NCBI RefSeq assembly: GCF_010672065.1
Contig: NZ_JAAHHX010000045.1
Location: forward strand, 1 to 53,264
From: Moorena sp. SIO4A1
GTDB taxonomy: Bacteria; Cyanobacteriota; Cyanobacteriia; Cyanobacteriales; Coleofasciculaceae
Direction of reading: 5' to 3'
DNA length: 53,264 nt
The position numbers were made by a program, and so were the translations under genes. The notes under the pieces are model-generated. The model searched no databases and had not been told where the DNA came from. It saw only the letters and a program-made list of their open reading frames with translations. This document shows, one piece after another, positions 53,060 to 53,264 of this stretch. The stretch's first letter is position 1, and every line of letters starts with the position of its first letter.

Positions 53060-53264
53060 GGTTTAAGGTTTAATGTTGAAGGTTTAATGTTGAAGGTTTA
53101 ATGTTGAAGGTTTAATGTTGAAGGTTGTCTGTCAGAATTAATTCTTAATTCTTAATTCTTAATTCTTAATTCTTAATTCTTAATTCTTAATTCTTAATTC
53201 TTAATTCTTAATTCTTAATTCTTAATTCTTAATTCTTAATTCTTAATTCTTAATTCTTAATTCT
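53051..53264. repeat. Heptamer-based tandem arrays (AAGGTTT / AATGTTG units, then AATTCTT x about 18) starting in the stop codon of the AAA-like gene and running off the window
   Basis: Direct reading. Confidence 0.95.

Noticed and set aside
53051-53264. Long regular repeat at the window end as a CRISPR array
   Set aside because: 7-nt unit with no spacers. It is a heptamer (STRR-type) microsatellite typical of heterocystous cyanobacteria.

Overview
This window reads as chromosomal DNA from a filamentous cyanobacterium, probably heterocystous (Nostocales-like). The basis is about 20 copies of the HIP1 octamer GCGATCGC, many heptamer tandem arrays (STRR-like) in intergenic spacers, and cyanobacterial ribosomal-protein gene order. 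Layout: (i) 1-8.2 kb is accessory-looking. It holds an intact IscB RuvC-HNH nuclease with a 287-nt structured non-coding leader (candidate omega-RNA), two unrecognised small proteins, a thioredoxin-fold protein and a 1207-aa two-partner-secretion (FhaB/ShlA-like) exoprotein with no adjacent TpsB. (ii) rpmG-rpsR-RNB exoribonuclease. (iii) A standalone, catalytically intact TnpB (IS200/IS605-family RNA-guided nuclease) inserted 130 bp upstream of an Amt ammonium transporter. (iv) Hypotheticals, a STAS anti-sigma antagonist, and an ~970-aa B12-binding radical SAM enzyme whose inter-domain linker is built in-frame from 5 x 39-nt copies of a dispersed REP-like repeat. (v) A pentapeptide-repeat protein and a full-length major vault protein (MVP) that is strikingly close to animal MVP. 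(vi) A CPA2 cation/H+ antiporter. (vii) A ~19 kb ribosomal supercluster (rplC through rpmE, with secY, adk, infA, rpmJ, rpoA, truA) followed by prfA. (viii) A receiver-PAS-class III nucleotidyl cyclase and an AAA-like (pfam AAA_35-type) protein, ending in a >200 bp heptamer array that runs off the window. At least two families of GC-rich dispersed palindromic repeats occur throughout; one copy abuts the presumed IscB element boundary. No CRISPR array, tRNA or rRNA was found. All homology statements come from reading motifs by eye, not from searches.
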